This document shows, piece by piece, positions 1 through 9,980 of a stretch of 64,000 nucleotides of DNA (position 1 is the first letter of the stretch; every line of letters starts with the position of its first letter). Below the pieces are notes generated by a model. The model saw nothing but the letters and a program-made list of their open reading frames with translations, made no database searches and was not told the DNA's origin. The stretch comes from Vulcanimicrobiota bacterium (GTDB lineage Bacteria; Vulcanimicrobiota; Vulcanimicrobiia; Vulcanimicrobiales; Vulcanimicrobiaceae), in the NCBI GenBank assembly GCA_963695225.1, contig OY968762.1, positions 1,408,001-1,472,000 on the forward strand. Reading direction: 5' to 3'. The position numbers and the translations under genes are program-made.

Positions 1-453
1 ACGTTCTACGACGGCCCGATCACGACGCACGTGAGCTTCGCCGATCCGTACTGCCCGCAGCTGCGGCCGCTCGCGATCGAGGCCCTCCGCTCGGGCGGGA
101 TCGCGACGCACGAGCGCGGGACCGTCGTCGTCATCCAGGGGCCGCGCTTTTCGACCCGTTCCGAATCGAAGTGGTTCACCGGGATGGGTTGGGAAGTCAT
201 CAACATGACGCAGTATCCCGAGTGCTACCTCGCCCGCGAGCTCGAGATCTGCTACGTGAACATCTCGCTGATCACCGACTACGACGTCGGCCTCGAAGGG
301 CAGGCAGGAATCGAGCCCGTTTCCCACGCGGAAGTGATCAAGGTATTCGCGAGCAACAACGAGCGCGTCAAGCAAGCGATCTTCAAGCTGATCGAAGCGA
401 TCCCGGCGGAACGGACCTGCGGCTGCGGCCGCGCGCTCACGGGAGCCCGATAG
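1..453 (+). CDS. mtnP: S-methyl-5'-thioadenosine phosphorylase, C-terminal part (5' end outside window)
   Basis: PNP/MTAP motifs IQGPRFSTRSES, INMTQYPE, ITDYD. Confidence 0.9.
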   Translation, partial: TFYDGPITTHVSFADPYCPQLRPLAIEALRSGGIATHERGTVVVIQGPRFSTRSESKWFTGMGWEVINMTQYPECYLARELEICYVNISLITDYDVGLEGQAGIEPVSHAEVIKVFASNNERVKQAIFKLIEAIPAERTCGCGRALTGAR

Positions 454-457
454 ACGG

Positions 458-1162
458 ATGCGCGAGCTCGGGCGCATAGATTTCGGAGGCTACTTGCAGG
501 CGTTCGGCCTGCTGTTCCGCAATCCGGCGCTCCTGCTCGCCCCCTTCGCCTCCGCGCTGATCGGCGCCGGGATCGCGCTCCTGGCGCCGACCGGCGGGGC
601 GCTCGGCGGCGTCACCGGCGGCGCAGCCGGGCTCATTCAGACGCTCCTGGATTCGTTCGCGCTCGCCGTCTCGCTCGCGGTAGCGGATCTCGCCTGGCGG
701 CGGCGCGGCACGGCGCCGTTCTCGGCCGCATGGGAGTCGACGCGGCGCAAAGCTCCGGACATCCTCCTCGCCGCGCTCGGCTTCAATTTCATCCTGTGGG
801 CCGCGGGATCGGTCGGCGGGGTGTTCGGGCCGGCGGGCCTTCTCCTCGTCCTGGTAGCACTCTATTTCTTCGTGTACGCGATCCCGGCGGCGGCGATCGG
901 CGGGATCCCGGGAAGCGCCGCCCCGCAGGCCTCGATCGAACGCGTGCAGCGCACGCCGGTCGCGACGGCCATCATGCTCGTGGTGATCGGCGCCGTCTAC
1001 TATGCGACGTCGCTCGCGATGCTGCCGATCCTCGGCAGCTTGATCCTCTCCGGCGGACTCTTCGTCCCGATCCTCAACGCGCTCATCAAAGCGATCGGGA
1101 TCGCGTTCGTCTCGCTCCTGCTCGCCAAAGGCTATAGCGACGCGTCGTACGGGCGCTTCTAA
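458..1162 (+). CDS. hypothetical integral membrane protein
   Basis: 234-aa ORF with several hydrophobic helices, directly after mtnP. Confidence 0.7.
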   Translation: MRELGRIDFGGYLQAFGLLFRNPALLLAPFASALIGAGIALLAPTGGALGGVTGGAAGLIQTLLDSFALAVSLAVADLAWRRRGTAPFSAAWESTRRKAPDILLAALGFNFILWAAGSVGGVFGPAGLLLVLVALYFFVYAIPAAAIGGIPGSAAPQASIERVQRTPVATAIMLVVIGAVYYATSLAMLPILGSLILSGGLFVPILNALIKAIGIAFVSLLLAKGYSDASYGRF

Positions 1163-2190
1163 GCGCCCGGCGCTAACTGCATCCTGACGAGATCGGCGAC
1201 GAGCGCGGCGGAGACGTTCGTGCGCGCGAGCCGCTCCGCGTCGGCCAACGTTTGCTGCAGCGCAAGGATCTCGGCCGTGCTGCGGTGCGGAAAGCCCTCG
1301 ATCCGCGCGCGCAAGTCCGCGGCGTAGAGGTTCGCCTCGCGCGGGGCGACGGCGAGTACCGCCCAGTCGCGCGCGACGAGCCGGATCATCTCCAGCATCG
1401 CGGCGAATGCATCGCGCTTCTCCGCGGCCGAGAGCCGCCGATCGTCGGAGCCCAGGAAGTCGAGTTCCGCGCGTTCGCCCCGCAGCGCCGCCTCGAACCA
1501 CGCGACGGCGGCTGCCCGCGACCCGTTCGCTTCGCCTGAAAGCGCCGCACGGGCGCGCGTCACGCTCCCGAGCGAGGCTGCCGCCGCAACGCGCGCCGCC
1601 CCTTCCTCGATCCCGTCGCTCGTAAGGATCCCTTGCACTTCGGATTTCTTGAGCAACGGGAACGCGATCTCAAGCATCCGCGAGCGAATCGTCGAGATCA
1701 AGGCCCCCGGGGCGCTCGTCGTGAGGATCACGACGACGCCGGGCGGAGGTTCTTCGAAGAACCGCAAGAGCGCGTTCGCGGCTTCGTGCGTTGCGAATTC
1801 CACGTCGCCGAAGATCACGATGTGATACCGCCCTCGGTAGCCGTGCAACGAGAACTCGCGCACGAGATCGCGCGCCGTGATCCCGTCCTCGCTCGAAGCG
1901 CGCTCGTCGGTTTTCCCGATCTTGACCACGCCGTCGGTCTCGAGCAGATCGGGGTGCGTCCCCGCTTTCACGAGCGTGCAGCCGGTGCAGGCGTTGCAGT
2001 ATCCGAGCAACGTCGCTTTGGGCGTCTCGCAAAGCAGCGACTGCGCGAGTTTGCGGGCGAACGTCTTCTTCCCGACGCCGGGCGCGCCGGTGAAGAGGTA
2101 GCCGTGCGAAAGTTTCGCCGGCTCGAGCCGGCTGAAATACGCGAGCGGCGCGGCCGCGCCGGCGACGTCGAACGATCCGGTAATCCCCAC
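1159..2190 (-). CDS. holB: DNA polymerase III subunit delta'
   Basis: HGYLFTGAPGVGKKT, zinc-binding cysteines, HPDL, AANALL..FEEP, STIRSR; follows tmk; start approximate. Confidence 0.9.
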   Translation of the reverse strand: MGITGSFDVAGAAAPLAYFSRLEPAKLSHGYLFTGAPGVGKKTFARKLAQSLLCETPKATLLGYCNACTGCTLVKAGTHPDLLETDGVVKIGKTDERASSEDGITARDLVREFSLHGYRGRYHIVIFGDVEFATHEAANALLRFFEEPPPGVVVILTTSAPGALISTIRSRMLEIAFPLLKKSEVQGILTSDGIEEGAARVAAAASLGSVTRARAALSGEANGSRAAAVAWFEAALRGERAELDFLGSDDRRLSAAEKRDAFAAMLEMIRLVARDWAVLAVAPREANLYAADLRARIEGFPHRSTAEILALQQTLADAERLARTNVSAALVADLVRMQLAPGA

Positions 2191-2192
2191 GC

Positions 2193-2837
2193 TCAGGCGA
2201 TTTCGAGCCGCGCCGCGACGATCCGCCACGCGGCCTCGAGCGTCTCCTCGGCCGTGCGCGTCCCATCGAGCGTCCGGATCCGCGGCACGCTCGCCGCGAG
2301 CGCGAGGTAGCCCGCCCGGACGCGCTCGTGAAACGCCGCCGACTCGCTCTCGACCCGGTCGATCCCGCCGCCCCGCTCGCCGAGCCGCCCCCGCGAGACC
2401 GGGAGCGGGACGTCGAGCAGGAGCGTGAGGTCGGGGAGCAGCCCGCCCGTGGCGAGCGAGCAGATCCTCTCGAGCCGGTCGATCTCTAGGCCCCGCCCGT
2501 ATCCTTGGTAGGCCAGCGTCGAATCGACGTAACGATCGCAGAGCACGACGCGCCCCGCCGCGAGCGCGGGTTCGATCACTTCGATCACGTGCTGCGCGCG
2601 GGCGGCATTGACGAGGAAGGCCTCGGCGAGCGGGTCTATTGCGATCCCGGACAGCCGCGCGAGGAAGAGGGCCCGGACCTGGTCCCCCAGTTCCGTCCCG
2701 CCCGGTTCGCGGGTCGCGAGAGGATCGCGGCCTGCCGCCGCGAGCTTACTCGCGAGTCCCTTGGCGAGCGTCGACTTGCCGCTCCCTTCGATCCCCTCCA
2801 GGGTGAGGAAGAAACCCGGTTTGCGCGCGATCGTCAG
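2193..2837 (-). CDS. tmk: thymidylate kinase
   Basis: The frame extends upstream of the track ORF to FLTLEGIEGSGKST; also REPGGT and CDRYVDSTLAYQGYGRG; probable CTG start overlapping the upstream TGA. Confidence 0.92.
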   Translation of the reverse strand: MTIARKPGFFLTLEGIEGSGKSTLAKGLASKLAAAGRDPLATREPGGTELGDQVRALFLARLSGIAIDPLAEAFLVNAARAQHVIEVIEPALAAGRVVLCDRYVDSTLAYQGYGRGLEIDRLERICSLATGGLLPDLTLLLDVPLPVSRGRLGERGGGIDRVESESAAFHERVRAGYLALAASVPRIRTLDGTRTAEETLEAAWRIVAARLEIA

Positions 2838-4432
2838 GCCGTCGCCTCCGAGGTGTACGGGAAATCCGCTCCGCGGAAGATCAGCACGCGCCGGTTCGGT
2901 TCGAGCCCCGTGCTGCGCGATTGCAGGCGGTACTGTTCGGCGAGTTGATGCTGCATCCGGCGAACGTACGACGTCTGCGGCGTCAGCTCGATCGGCTGGC
3001 TGTCGAGGAGCACTTTGTAGATCGCTTCGCCCGCCTCACGCATCGCGATCTCTTCCATATCGAGCGAAGGCAGATTGAAGAAGTCCTTGAGCGCGCTCTG
3101 GATTTGCGTCGTGGTGTTGGTCTTGATCGAGTAGATCGGCACGTTCTCGGCCGAGATCGAGCGCAGCTTCTCGGATTCCTTGCGCTCGAGCGTCTTGAGC
3201 GTCAAGACGATGTCCGCGTCGTCCCATTTCCTGGCGATCGCGGCGTTGACGCGCAGGTTCGCGATAGCGCGCTCGATCTTGTTGCGCGAGACGCCGTACG
3301 GAAAGATGCGCATCGGCGCGTCGCGTTCCTCCACGTCCGAGAGCGCCTCGGAATCGAGGACGCCGAGCGCGAACTCCGCATCGATTGGAGCGCGCTTGAC
3401 CGCCGTCAGCGTCGCGCCCGCCTCTTGCACGACGGAGACGTTCCCCGCCGGACCCCGTTCGCGAATCTCGGGCTGCGGGGCGTACCCGCGCAAGAACGCA
3501 TCGACGACGTCCGCGACGTTCTTGTAGATCGCGAAGCGGTTGCGATCCGCGATCTCCACGAGGATGTCGAACGTCGGCGGCGCTTTGCGCTCGAGAACGG
3601 TCTTGCGCGTGCCGCGGCGGCGCGCTTCCTCGTCGGAAAGCGTGACGGTGCTGATGCCGCCGACGAGGTCGGAGAGCGTCGGGTTCATCAAAATGTTTTC
3701 GAGCGTCTGCCCGTGCGCGGTCCCGATCAGTTGCACGCCGCGCTCGGCGATCGTACGCGCCGCGCCCGCTTCGGCTTCGGTGCCGATCTCGTCGATCACG
3801 ACGACTTGCGGCATGTGATTCTCGACGGCTTCGATCATCACGTTGTGCTGCAGCGCGGGATCGGCGACTTGCATGCGCCGCGCGTGCCCGATCCCGGGAT
3901 GCGGGATGTCGCCGTCGCCCGCGATCTCGTTCGACGTGTCGACGATCACGACGCGCTTGCGATCCTCGCTCAAGATTCGCGCGCACTCCCGCAGCATCGT
4001 CGTCTTCCCGATGCCCGGGCGCCCGAGCAGGCAGATCGATTTTCCGCTGCGCACGACGTCGAGCAGAATGTCGACCGTACCGAAGACGGCACGGCCTACG
4101 CGGCACGTGAGGCCGACGATCTTCCCCGAGCGATTGCGAATCGCGGAGATCCGGTGCAGCGTCTTCTCGATCCCCGCGCGATTATCGCCGCCGAATTCCG
4201 AAACGCGCGAACTGACGTGCGCGAGGTCCTCCGGCGTGACGCAGTGGTCCGAGAGGAAGACGAAGTCGTCTGCGAAGCGCGCTTCCGGGGGCCGCCCGAG
4301 GTCCAACACCACTTCGATGATCGATTCCAGGTGCGGAAGCCGGACGAGCGCTTGACGGATCGGGAGGGGGAAGATATCGAGGAGTTGGGTCAGTTCCCAA
4401 CGGTCTGAGACTGTCTCGGCGTTAACGGCCAA
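2834..4432 (-). CDS. Ycf45/SpoIIIAA-like AAA ATPase with C-terminal R3H domain
   Basis: GRPGIGKTT, DTSNEIAGDGDIPH, IDEIG, C-terminal RRMQHQLAE. Confidence 0.88.
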   Translation of the reverse strand: MAVNAETVSDRWELTQLLDIFPLPIRQALVRLPHLESIIEVVLDLGRPPEARFADDFVFLSDHCVTPEDLAHVSSRVSEFGGDNRAGIEKTLHRISAIRNRSGKIVGLTCRVGRAVFGTVDILLDVVRSGKSICLLGRPGIGKTTMLRECARILSEDRKRVVIVDTSNEIAGDGDIPHPGIGHARRMQVADPALQHNVMIEAVENHMPQVVVIDEIGTEAEAGAARTIAERGVQLIGTAHGQTLENILMNPTLSDLVGGISTVTLSDEEARRRGTRKTVLERKAPPTFDILVEIADRNRFAIYKNVADVVDAFLRGYAPQPEIRERGPAGNVSVVQEAGATLTAVKRAPIDAEFALGVLDSEALSDVEERDAPMRIFPYGVSRNKIERAIANLRVNAAIARKWDDADIVLTLKTLERKESEKLRSISAENVPIYSIKTNTTTQIQSALKDFFNLPSLDMEEIAMREAGEAIYKVLLDSQPIELTPQTSYVRRMQHQLAEQYRLQSRSTGLEPNRRVLIFRGADFPYTSEATA

Positions 4433-4559
4433 TTCACATCCTCAACTTAGGGTTTCCTCACGCGAGGTGAGGAGTCCACGAGCGGCGTCCGCAGCGAGCC
4501 GTTTCGTTGCAGCGGACTTCCTTACCGGCGCGCGCTCCCCTCTCGCCCCCGAAGAAATC

Positions 4560-6041
4560 TCAACGTACGACGCGGATCGTGCGTAATTCCGTGTCGTACG
4601 GGCCTTGCATGCGCACTCCGGCCTTCTTCTCCAATTCCAGATATGCGATCGTCTCGGGCGTGATCTCTTCGCCGGGCGAGAGCACGGGGATTCCAGGCGG
4701 ATACGGCGTGATGACTTCCGCGCAAATGCGCCCGCCCGACCGTTTGAACGCGACGTGCTCGGTCTCCGAAAGAAACGCGTCACGCGGCAGCATGCGAATC
4801 GGCGGAATTTCGGGAAGCGCATACGTCTTCGTGGCCAAGCGGCGCTCCAGAACGCCGGACGGCGAGAACACGTCGATCGGCCGGTCTTCGCGCGCGAGTT
4901 CCTTCACGCCGTAGACCAGGCGGTCCGCTGCCGCGCGCGTCGTGCCGATCGTGAAGAGCGCGAGGCAATTGAAGAGATCGGCGAGTTCGAGCTGCACGTT
5001 GTAGCGCCGCCGCAGGATCTCTTCGGCCTCGTAGCCGGTGTAGCCGAGCGCCTTGACCATGATCGTGATCTTCGTCGGATCGAGATCGAAAACGCCCGGC
5101 CGGCCTTCGAGTTCGGGTCCGAAGCAGTAGATGCCGGGAATGGCATTGAGGCGCCGGCGCGTTTCGTTCGCGAGATCGATCGTGCGCGAGAGCAAGGCGC
5201 GCCCCTCCGTCGCCATCTGCTTTCGCGCCACGTCGAGCGAGGCGACGAGCACGAGGTTCGGCGAGGTCGAGAGAAACAATTTGACGACCGCCTTGAGACG
5301 ATCGAGCCTGATGCGTTCGCCGCACTGATGCAGCATCGAGGTCTGCGAGAGGCTGCCGAGCATCTTGTGGGTCGAATTGACGCACATATCCGCGCCGGCC
5401 TCGATAGCCGAGACCGGCAACGCCGGATGAAACTTGAAATGCGGCCCCCAGGCTTCGTCGACGAGGAACGGCACGCCGTGCGCGTGGGCGATTTCGGCGA
5501 TCCCGGCGAGGTCCGCGGCGACGCCGTAGTACGTTGGGCTGACGACGTACACGGCCTTGATGTCGGGATGACGCGCTAGCGTGCGGCGCACCGTTTCGGG
5601 CGTCACCGTGTGATCCATGTGCAAGTCTTGATCGACTTCGGGCTGCATCCAAATCGGCTCGGCGCCGCTCATGATCAGACCGCCCATCGCGCTCTTGTGC
5701 GCATTGCGCGGCAGCGCGATCTTCTCCGCGGGGTTCACGGCGGTCATCATCATGATCTGATTCCCGCTCGTCGAGCCGTTGATCAAGAAGAACGAGTTCT
5801 CCGCGCCGTACGCTTCGGCCGCAAGCGCCTGAGCCTCCACCAGGGCTTCGGTCGGCTGCAGCAGATCGTCGAGGCCCCGGATCTGCGTGAGATCGATCGA
5901 AAGGACGTTGTCGCCGAGGAACTCGCGAAAGGCCCGGTCCATCCCCTGCCCCTGCATGTGCCCCGGAGTGTGAAACGGAATCACGCCGGAGTCCACATAG
6001 TTGAGCAGGACATCGAAGTACGGCGTGCGGCTCTGATCCAC
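4560..6041 (-). CDS. PLP-dependent Orn/Lys/Arg decarboxylase (probable arginine decarboxylase)
   Basis: FHTPGH, NGSTSG, PRNAHKS, DEAWG, STHKML, PYPPGIP. Confidence 0.9.
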   Translation of the reverse strand: MDQSRTPYFDVLLNYVDSGVIPFHTPGHMQGQGMDRAFREFLGDNVLSIDLTQIRGLDDLLQPTEALVEAQALAAEAYGAENSFFLINGSTSGNQIMMMTAVNPAEKIALPRNAHKSAMGGLIMSGAEPIWMQPEVDQDLHMDHTVTPETVRRTLARHPDIKAVYVVSPTYYGVAADLAGIAEIAHAHGVPFLVDEAWGPHFKFHPALPVSAIEAGADMCVNSTHKMLGSLSQTSMLHQCGERIRLDRLKAVVKLFLSTSPNLVLVASLDVARKQMATEGRALLSRTIDLANETRRRLNAIPGIYCFGPELEGRPGVFDLDPTKITIMVKALGYTGYEAEEILRRRYNVQLELADLFNCLALFTIGTTRAAADRLVYGVKELAREDRPIDVFSPSGVLERRLATKTYALPEIPPIRMLPRDAFLSETEHVAFKRSGGRICAEVITPYPPGIPVLSPGEEITPETIAYLELEKKAGVRMQGPYDTELRTIRVVR

Positions 6042-6122
6042 GGCGCGGCACGTTCAACGCGGCGTCGCGCGGTTCTTGCGCGCAGGCGGCGTCCGCGCGG
6101 TCACCGAAACCGAGGCCGCGTG

Positions 6123-6695
6123 ATGAACGCCTCCCCACCGCTTTCAGCCGCGCGCTCGCGAGCGCGCCAAATCGCATTCGTCGTGGCCGGTTCCGCGCTG
6201 CTCGCGCTGGGGGCTCAGGTCTCGATCCCGATGCCGCTCGGCATGCCCCCGGTCACGGGACAGACGTTCGCGCTGGCGCTCGTCGTGGCGCTGCTGGGCG
6301 CTCGCGGCGCGCTCCTCGCGGCGGTCCTCTATCTCGCGGAAGGGGCGCTCGGCCTCCCGGTCTTCTCGCCTCACGGCGCCCCCGGCATCGCGCGCTTCTT
6401 CGGCCCGACGGCCGGGTATCTGCTCGCCTTCCCGCTCGCCGCGTACGTGACGGGCGCGCTCTTCGACCGGGGCCTCTGGTCGAGTTACACCGGCCGCCTC
6501 GTCGCGATCGTCCTGGGGAGCGCGGTGGTCTTCCTCGGCGGCGCCGCCTGGCTCGCCCATTTCGTCGGCGGCTTCGGCAAGGCGCTCGTCGTCGGCGTGG
6601 CGCCGTACCTGCTCGGCGACGCGGTGAAGACGATCGTCGCGGCAGGCGTCGCCCCGTGGGTCCGCTCCGCCGGCGACCCCTCCGACCGCCTCTAA
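6123..6695 (+). CDS. bioY: biotin transporter BioY
   Basis: PVTGQTFA, YLAEGALGLPVF, GPTAGYLLAF motifs. Confidence 0.9.
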   Translation: MNASPPLSAARSRARQIAFVVAGSALLALGAQVSIPMPLGMPPVTGQTFALALVVALLGARGALLAAVLYLAEGALGLPVFSPHGAPGIARFFGPTAGYLLAFPLAAYVTGALFDRGLWSSYTGRLVAIVLGSAVVFLGGAAWLAHFVGGFGKALVVGVAPYLLGDAVKTIVAAGVAPWVRSAGDPSDRL

Positions 6696-6736
6696 ACTCG
6701 GCGAACGATTCGCACCCGCAGCCTCGCCGCTCCGCG

Positions 6737-7666
6737 CTACGAGCCGAAGTACGTAATCGCGAAGAGCAGCGCGCCGGTTCCGACGATCAGGAGCGGCCCG
6801 GCGTACGCGAGCGCGCTTGCCAATCGCGGGTCGAATCCGGTGCGCAAGGGCGTCCGGCCCAGCAGAGTGCGCCGCCCCGCGCGTGCGGCGAGCCCGAGCG
6901 CGGTCGTCGTCAAGGCCATGCCGGCCCCGATCGTACACACGAGGAACACGCCCGCGGCAAGCAACCCGTTCGCGACCGTGTAGGCAAGAACGAGCAAGGA
7001 CCCGGTGCAAGGGACGGCTCCCGCGACCACCGCCATCGCATTGACGGTCCGCTCGTCGCCGGCGGCGCCGCGTTCGTGGTCGTGCTCCGAGGGACAACCG
7101 TGCGCGCATCCGGAGCGCCCGCCGCGCCGCATCGTCTGCGCGAGCAGCACGAGCCCGAGCACGCTGATCGACGCGAAACTCGTGAGCCGGACCTCGCGCA
7201 CGTCCTCGAGCGCCGTGAGACTCGCGTGCATCGCGAGCGAGAGGGCGCCGACGACGATGAGGGCCGAGGCGACGTGCGTCGCCGCGATCCAGAACGAAAG
7301 CCCGACGCCGCGCATGGCGCTCGCGTCGCGGGAGAGGAAATACCCGATCACGACCGTCTTGCCGTGGCCGGGTCCGGCCGCATGCACGCAGCCGTAGGCG
7401 AACGCCAAGACGAACGCCAGCGCGAGAGACGGCGCGAACGTCCCCCGCTTGAGTCCCGCGGTCGCCGCGGTGAGCCGGCGCGCGGCTTCGCGCTGCACGC
7501 GACTCGCGAATATCGCGAGTTCGTTCGGCTTCCCCATCTGGGTCGTGGCCGCGGCCGCGGAAGCCGAGGCGTCGAACGGCGACGCCGAGGCGTCGGCCGA
7601 AAAGAGTGCTCCCCAGACGAGCATGAGCAAGGCCGCGAGCGTGGCGGCGCGGAGCATCAGGCGCAT
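6737..7666 (-). CDS. RcnA/HoxN-like nickel/cobalt transporter
   Basis: YGCVHAAGPGHGKTV, His/Cys loop, GAVPCTG. Confidence 0.85.
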   Translation of the reverse strand: MRLMLRAATLAALLMLVWGALFSADASASPFDASASAAAATTQMGKPNELAIFASRVQREAARRLTAATAGLKRGTFAPSLALAFVLAFAYGCVHAAGPGHGKTVVIGYFLSRDASAMRGVGLSFWIAATHVASALIVVGALSLAMHASLTALEDVREVRLTSFASISVLGLVLLAQTMRRGGRSGCAHGCPSEHDHERGAAGDERTVNAMAVVAGAVPCTGSLLVLAYTVANGLLAAGVFLVCTIGAGMALTTTALGLAARAGRRTLLGRTPLRTGFDPRLASALAYAGPLLIVGTGALLFAITYFGS

Positions 7667-8265
7667 GCGATCGTCACCCCCGACGGGCTAAATCCCCACA
7701 AGGGGATCGGGTGCGCCGCGTCCTCGCCGGCCGTCGCCGTGCATCCGGCAGGGCTTCCCGTCATCGTGACGGGTCGAGGATCCCCCTCGGGAAACTCGAC
7801 GTCGACGAAATACGTCTCGTCGTAAAAATCCGCTTGGACCGGCATGCGCTTGGGATCGAGCGGCCTCGCCAGACGAGCCGTGAAGTCGTAGACGATGCGG
7901 CTGCCGTCCAGGTGCGCGTCGAACGCCTCGATGCCGCCGACGGGGTCGGCTTTTCCACCCTGCCAAACGTGGACGAAATAGCCATAGTGGACCAGATTGT
8001 CGAACGCCTTCTTGCGCAAACCGGGGATTTCGGCGGGCTGTAGCGGCGCGCCGGCGGGCTTGCGCCCGAACAGCACGCCCTGCGTGGCCAGCTCGTCGAA
8101 GCGCCATTCGAGCGCGAAAGCCGTCAAGCGGCCGGACGAAAAGACGGCGCGCACCCGGTTATCGATGAACACGTGGGGATGGGCTCGCGCGGGAGCGGCG
8201 CCGAGCAGGAGCGCCGCTACGCACGCCGACGACGCGACGAGGTCGCGTGGGCGAAATGAAAGCAT
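7657..8265 (-). CDS. DUF1007-like exported metal-binding protein
   Basis: signal peptide followed by AHPHVFID, W.FDE, YDETYF; usual partner of RcnA-like transporters. Confidence 0.8.
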   Translation of the reverse strand: MLSFRPRDLVASSACVAALLLGAAPARAHPHVFIDNRVRAVFSSGRLTAFALEWRFDELATQGVLFGRKPAGAPLQPAEIPGLRKKAFDNLVHYGYFVHVWQGGKADPVGGIEAFDAHLDGSRIVYDFTARLARPLDPKRMPVQADFYDETYFVDVEFPEGDPRPVTMTGSPAGCTATAGEDAAHPIPLWGFSPSGVTIACA

Positions 8266-8340
8266 GATTGGGACGGCCCCTTCCGGGTCGCGAACGGCCC
8301 GACTACACAGCGCGTAACGGCCGCGCGTACGCGGCCTGCC

Positions 8341-9003
8341 CTAGGTAGCGAGGAGCGGCGGCCCGCGCTTTCCGAGGCGCCGCGCGTCGACGTTGCAGCG
8401 CGGCGTGCGCCGCGGAAGCGTTCGGCGCGCAACGGCGCCGGCACGCTCCGGCGCGCGCCGCGCGGCGAACGTCGCGACGATCTTGCGAACGAGCGCCGCC
8501 GCGGCGGCGAGAAAACGGGCCGCACCGGCGAGGGCGGCGGTCGCGCACAACGCCGCCGCGATGTGGATCGTGAGCGCGATCGCGACGGGCCCGCCGAGCC
8601 ACGCCGGGCCGCCCAGGAGATGCCCGAAGGCGATCACCTGCTCCGCGCTCTCCATCGCGAAGAGCGTGGCAAACTGGAGGCCGAGAATCGCGGCCGCGAT
8701 CTCGCCGAAGCGCCGCCGGGCGATCGTGCGGGCGGCGGCGCGAAGCCAATCCTCCGTGCGCGTCGCGAAGAGGGCGTCGCCGAATGCGAAGAGCGCCCCC
8801 GCGAAGGAGAGCGTCGCAGCAGACGATGCCAGCGGCACGAGCGCGCTGTGGCTGTATTCGTCGTAAGCGCTCGGGAAGCAACCCCAGTCCGCCAGCGCAT
8901 GCACGACTTGATGGGCGGCGAGCGCGGCGAAAGCGGCGGCAGCCAGCACCAACACGACCGCGACATGGCTAGGCCCGGCACGCCGGGCCCGTGCAAGCGA
9001 CAT
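8341..9003 (-). CDS. hypothetical His-containing membrane protein ending in an RGPP motif
   Basis: about 4 TM segments; C-terminus RRLGKRGPPLLAT; start approximate. Confidence 0.65.
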   Translation of the reverse strand: MSLARARRAGPSHVAVVLVLAAAAFAALAAHQVVHALADWGCFPSAYDEYSHSALVPLASSAATLSFAGALFAFGDALFATRTEDWLRAAARTIARRRFGEIAAAILGLQFATLFAMESAEQVIAFGHLLGGPAWLGGPVAIALTIHIAAALCATAALAGAARFLAAAAALVRKIVATFAARRAPERAGAVARRTLPRRTPRCNVDARRLGKRGPPLLAT

Positions 9004-9207
9004 TGGAAGCCGAACTTCGGGAAAGCGCCTGCGCGAGCCTTGCGACCTCAAATCGACGGCTGAAAGCCGGGGACTCCGAAGTTCCATAGCAAGAACGCGT
9101 ACGCGGCTGCGGCCGGCTATCGATGCATCATCTCGAGTTGAACTCCGTCCGGCATTCGCCGCTGCGTTTTCCGGGGAGGCCGCGCCGCCTTCGCGGCGGC
9201 TCGGCGT

Positions 9208-9738
9208 CTACTCTACGCGTTCTTCGATCGAGATGTTGTAGAGGAACAAGAACTTGTGCCACTCGCCCGGCAAAGTGTTGCGCTTCACGCGAATCCAAGG
9301 AATGTATTTCGGGGCTTTCGGTTTGCGGCGCAGCGGCATGTTCGCGTGTTCCGGCGTGCGATTGTTCTTGCGATTGTTGCAGCGCATGCACGCGCAGACG
9401 AGATTCTCCCACGTCGAAGGCCCGTTCTTGCTGCGCGGCACAACGTGGTCGACGGTCATCAACCGCTCGCCCCGCAGCCCGCAATACTGGCACGTGTAAT
9501 CGTCGCGCAGCAGCACGTTCTTCTTCGTGAGTGCGACCTTCTGCATCGGCCGGCGCACGTAGTAGAGCATCCGGATGATCGAGGGCATGCGCATCTCGAA
9601 CTTCGGCGAGTAGAGTATCGACTCGCGGCCGTGAACGACCTCGGCTTTCCCCGAGAAGAGCAGCTTCACGGCGCGCTGGAAGCTCGTGATGTTGAGCGCT
9701 TCGTACGTGAAATTCAAGACGAGGACGTCGCTCACCAC
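9208..9738 (-). CDS. HNH endonuclease (McrA-like small family)
   Basis: VLVLN..YEAL, RDDYTCQYCG, TVDHVVPRS, WENLVCACMRCNNRK. Confidence 0.9.
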   Translation of the reverse strand: MVSDVLVLNFTYEALNITSFQRAVKLLFSGKAEVVHGRESILYSPKFEMRMPSIIRMLYYVRRPMQKVALTKKNVLLRDDYTCQYCGLRGERLMTVDHVVPRSKNGPSTWENLVCACMRCNNRKNNRTPEHANMPLRRKPKAPKYIPWIRVKRNTLPGEWHKFLFLYNISIEERVE

Positions 9739-9754
9739 GCATCACCCCAGCTTG

Positions 9755-9788
9755 AAAAGCAAAGAGAGCGAGGCACACCCTCGCTCTC
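9755..9788 (-). terminator. terminator-like hairpin in the HNH leader
   Basis: GAGAGCGAGG-GTGTG-CCTCGCTCTC followed by TTTGCTTTT on the minus strand. Confidence 0.55.
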
Positions 9789-9980
9789 TCGACACGCACG
9801 CTCGCTCGCCGGCTGACGACTCAAGAAGTCGGCCGCGTCGCTGGGGCGAATCACCCTCGAATCGCTGTGCGCATCCATTGACGCCGTTACAATATGCGAT
9901 TTGCCTCTCGGTCCCCTTGCGGACGTTCTCAGGCCGCCGGCCGGGACTGGGCCGGGCGCCCCGCCGGGCCGGCTGCGCCT

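Noticed and set aside
9208..9738. HNH gene as an IscB/Cas9-like or mobile nuclease
   Set aside because: Only 176 aa, with no RuvC motifs, array or transposon ends.
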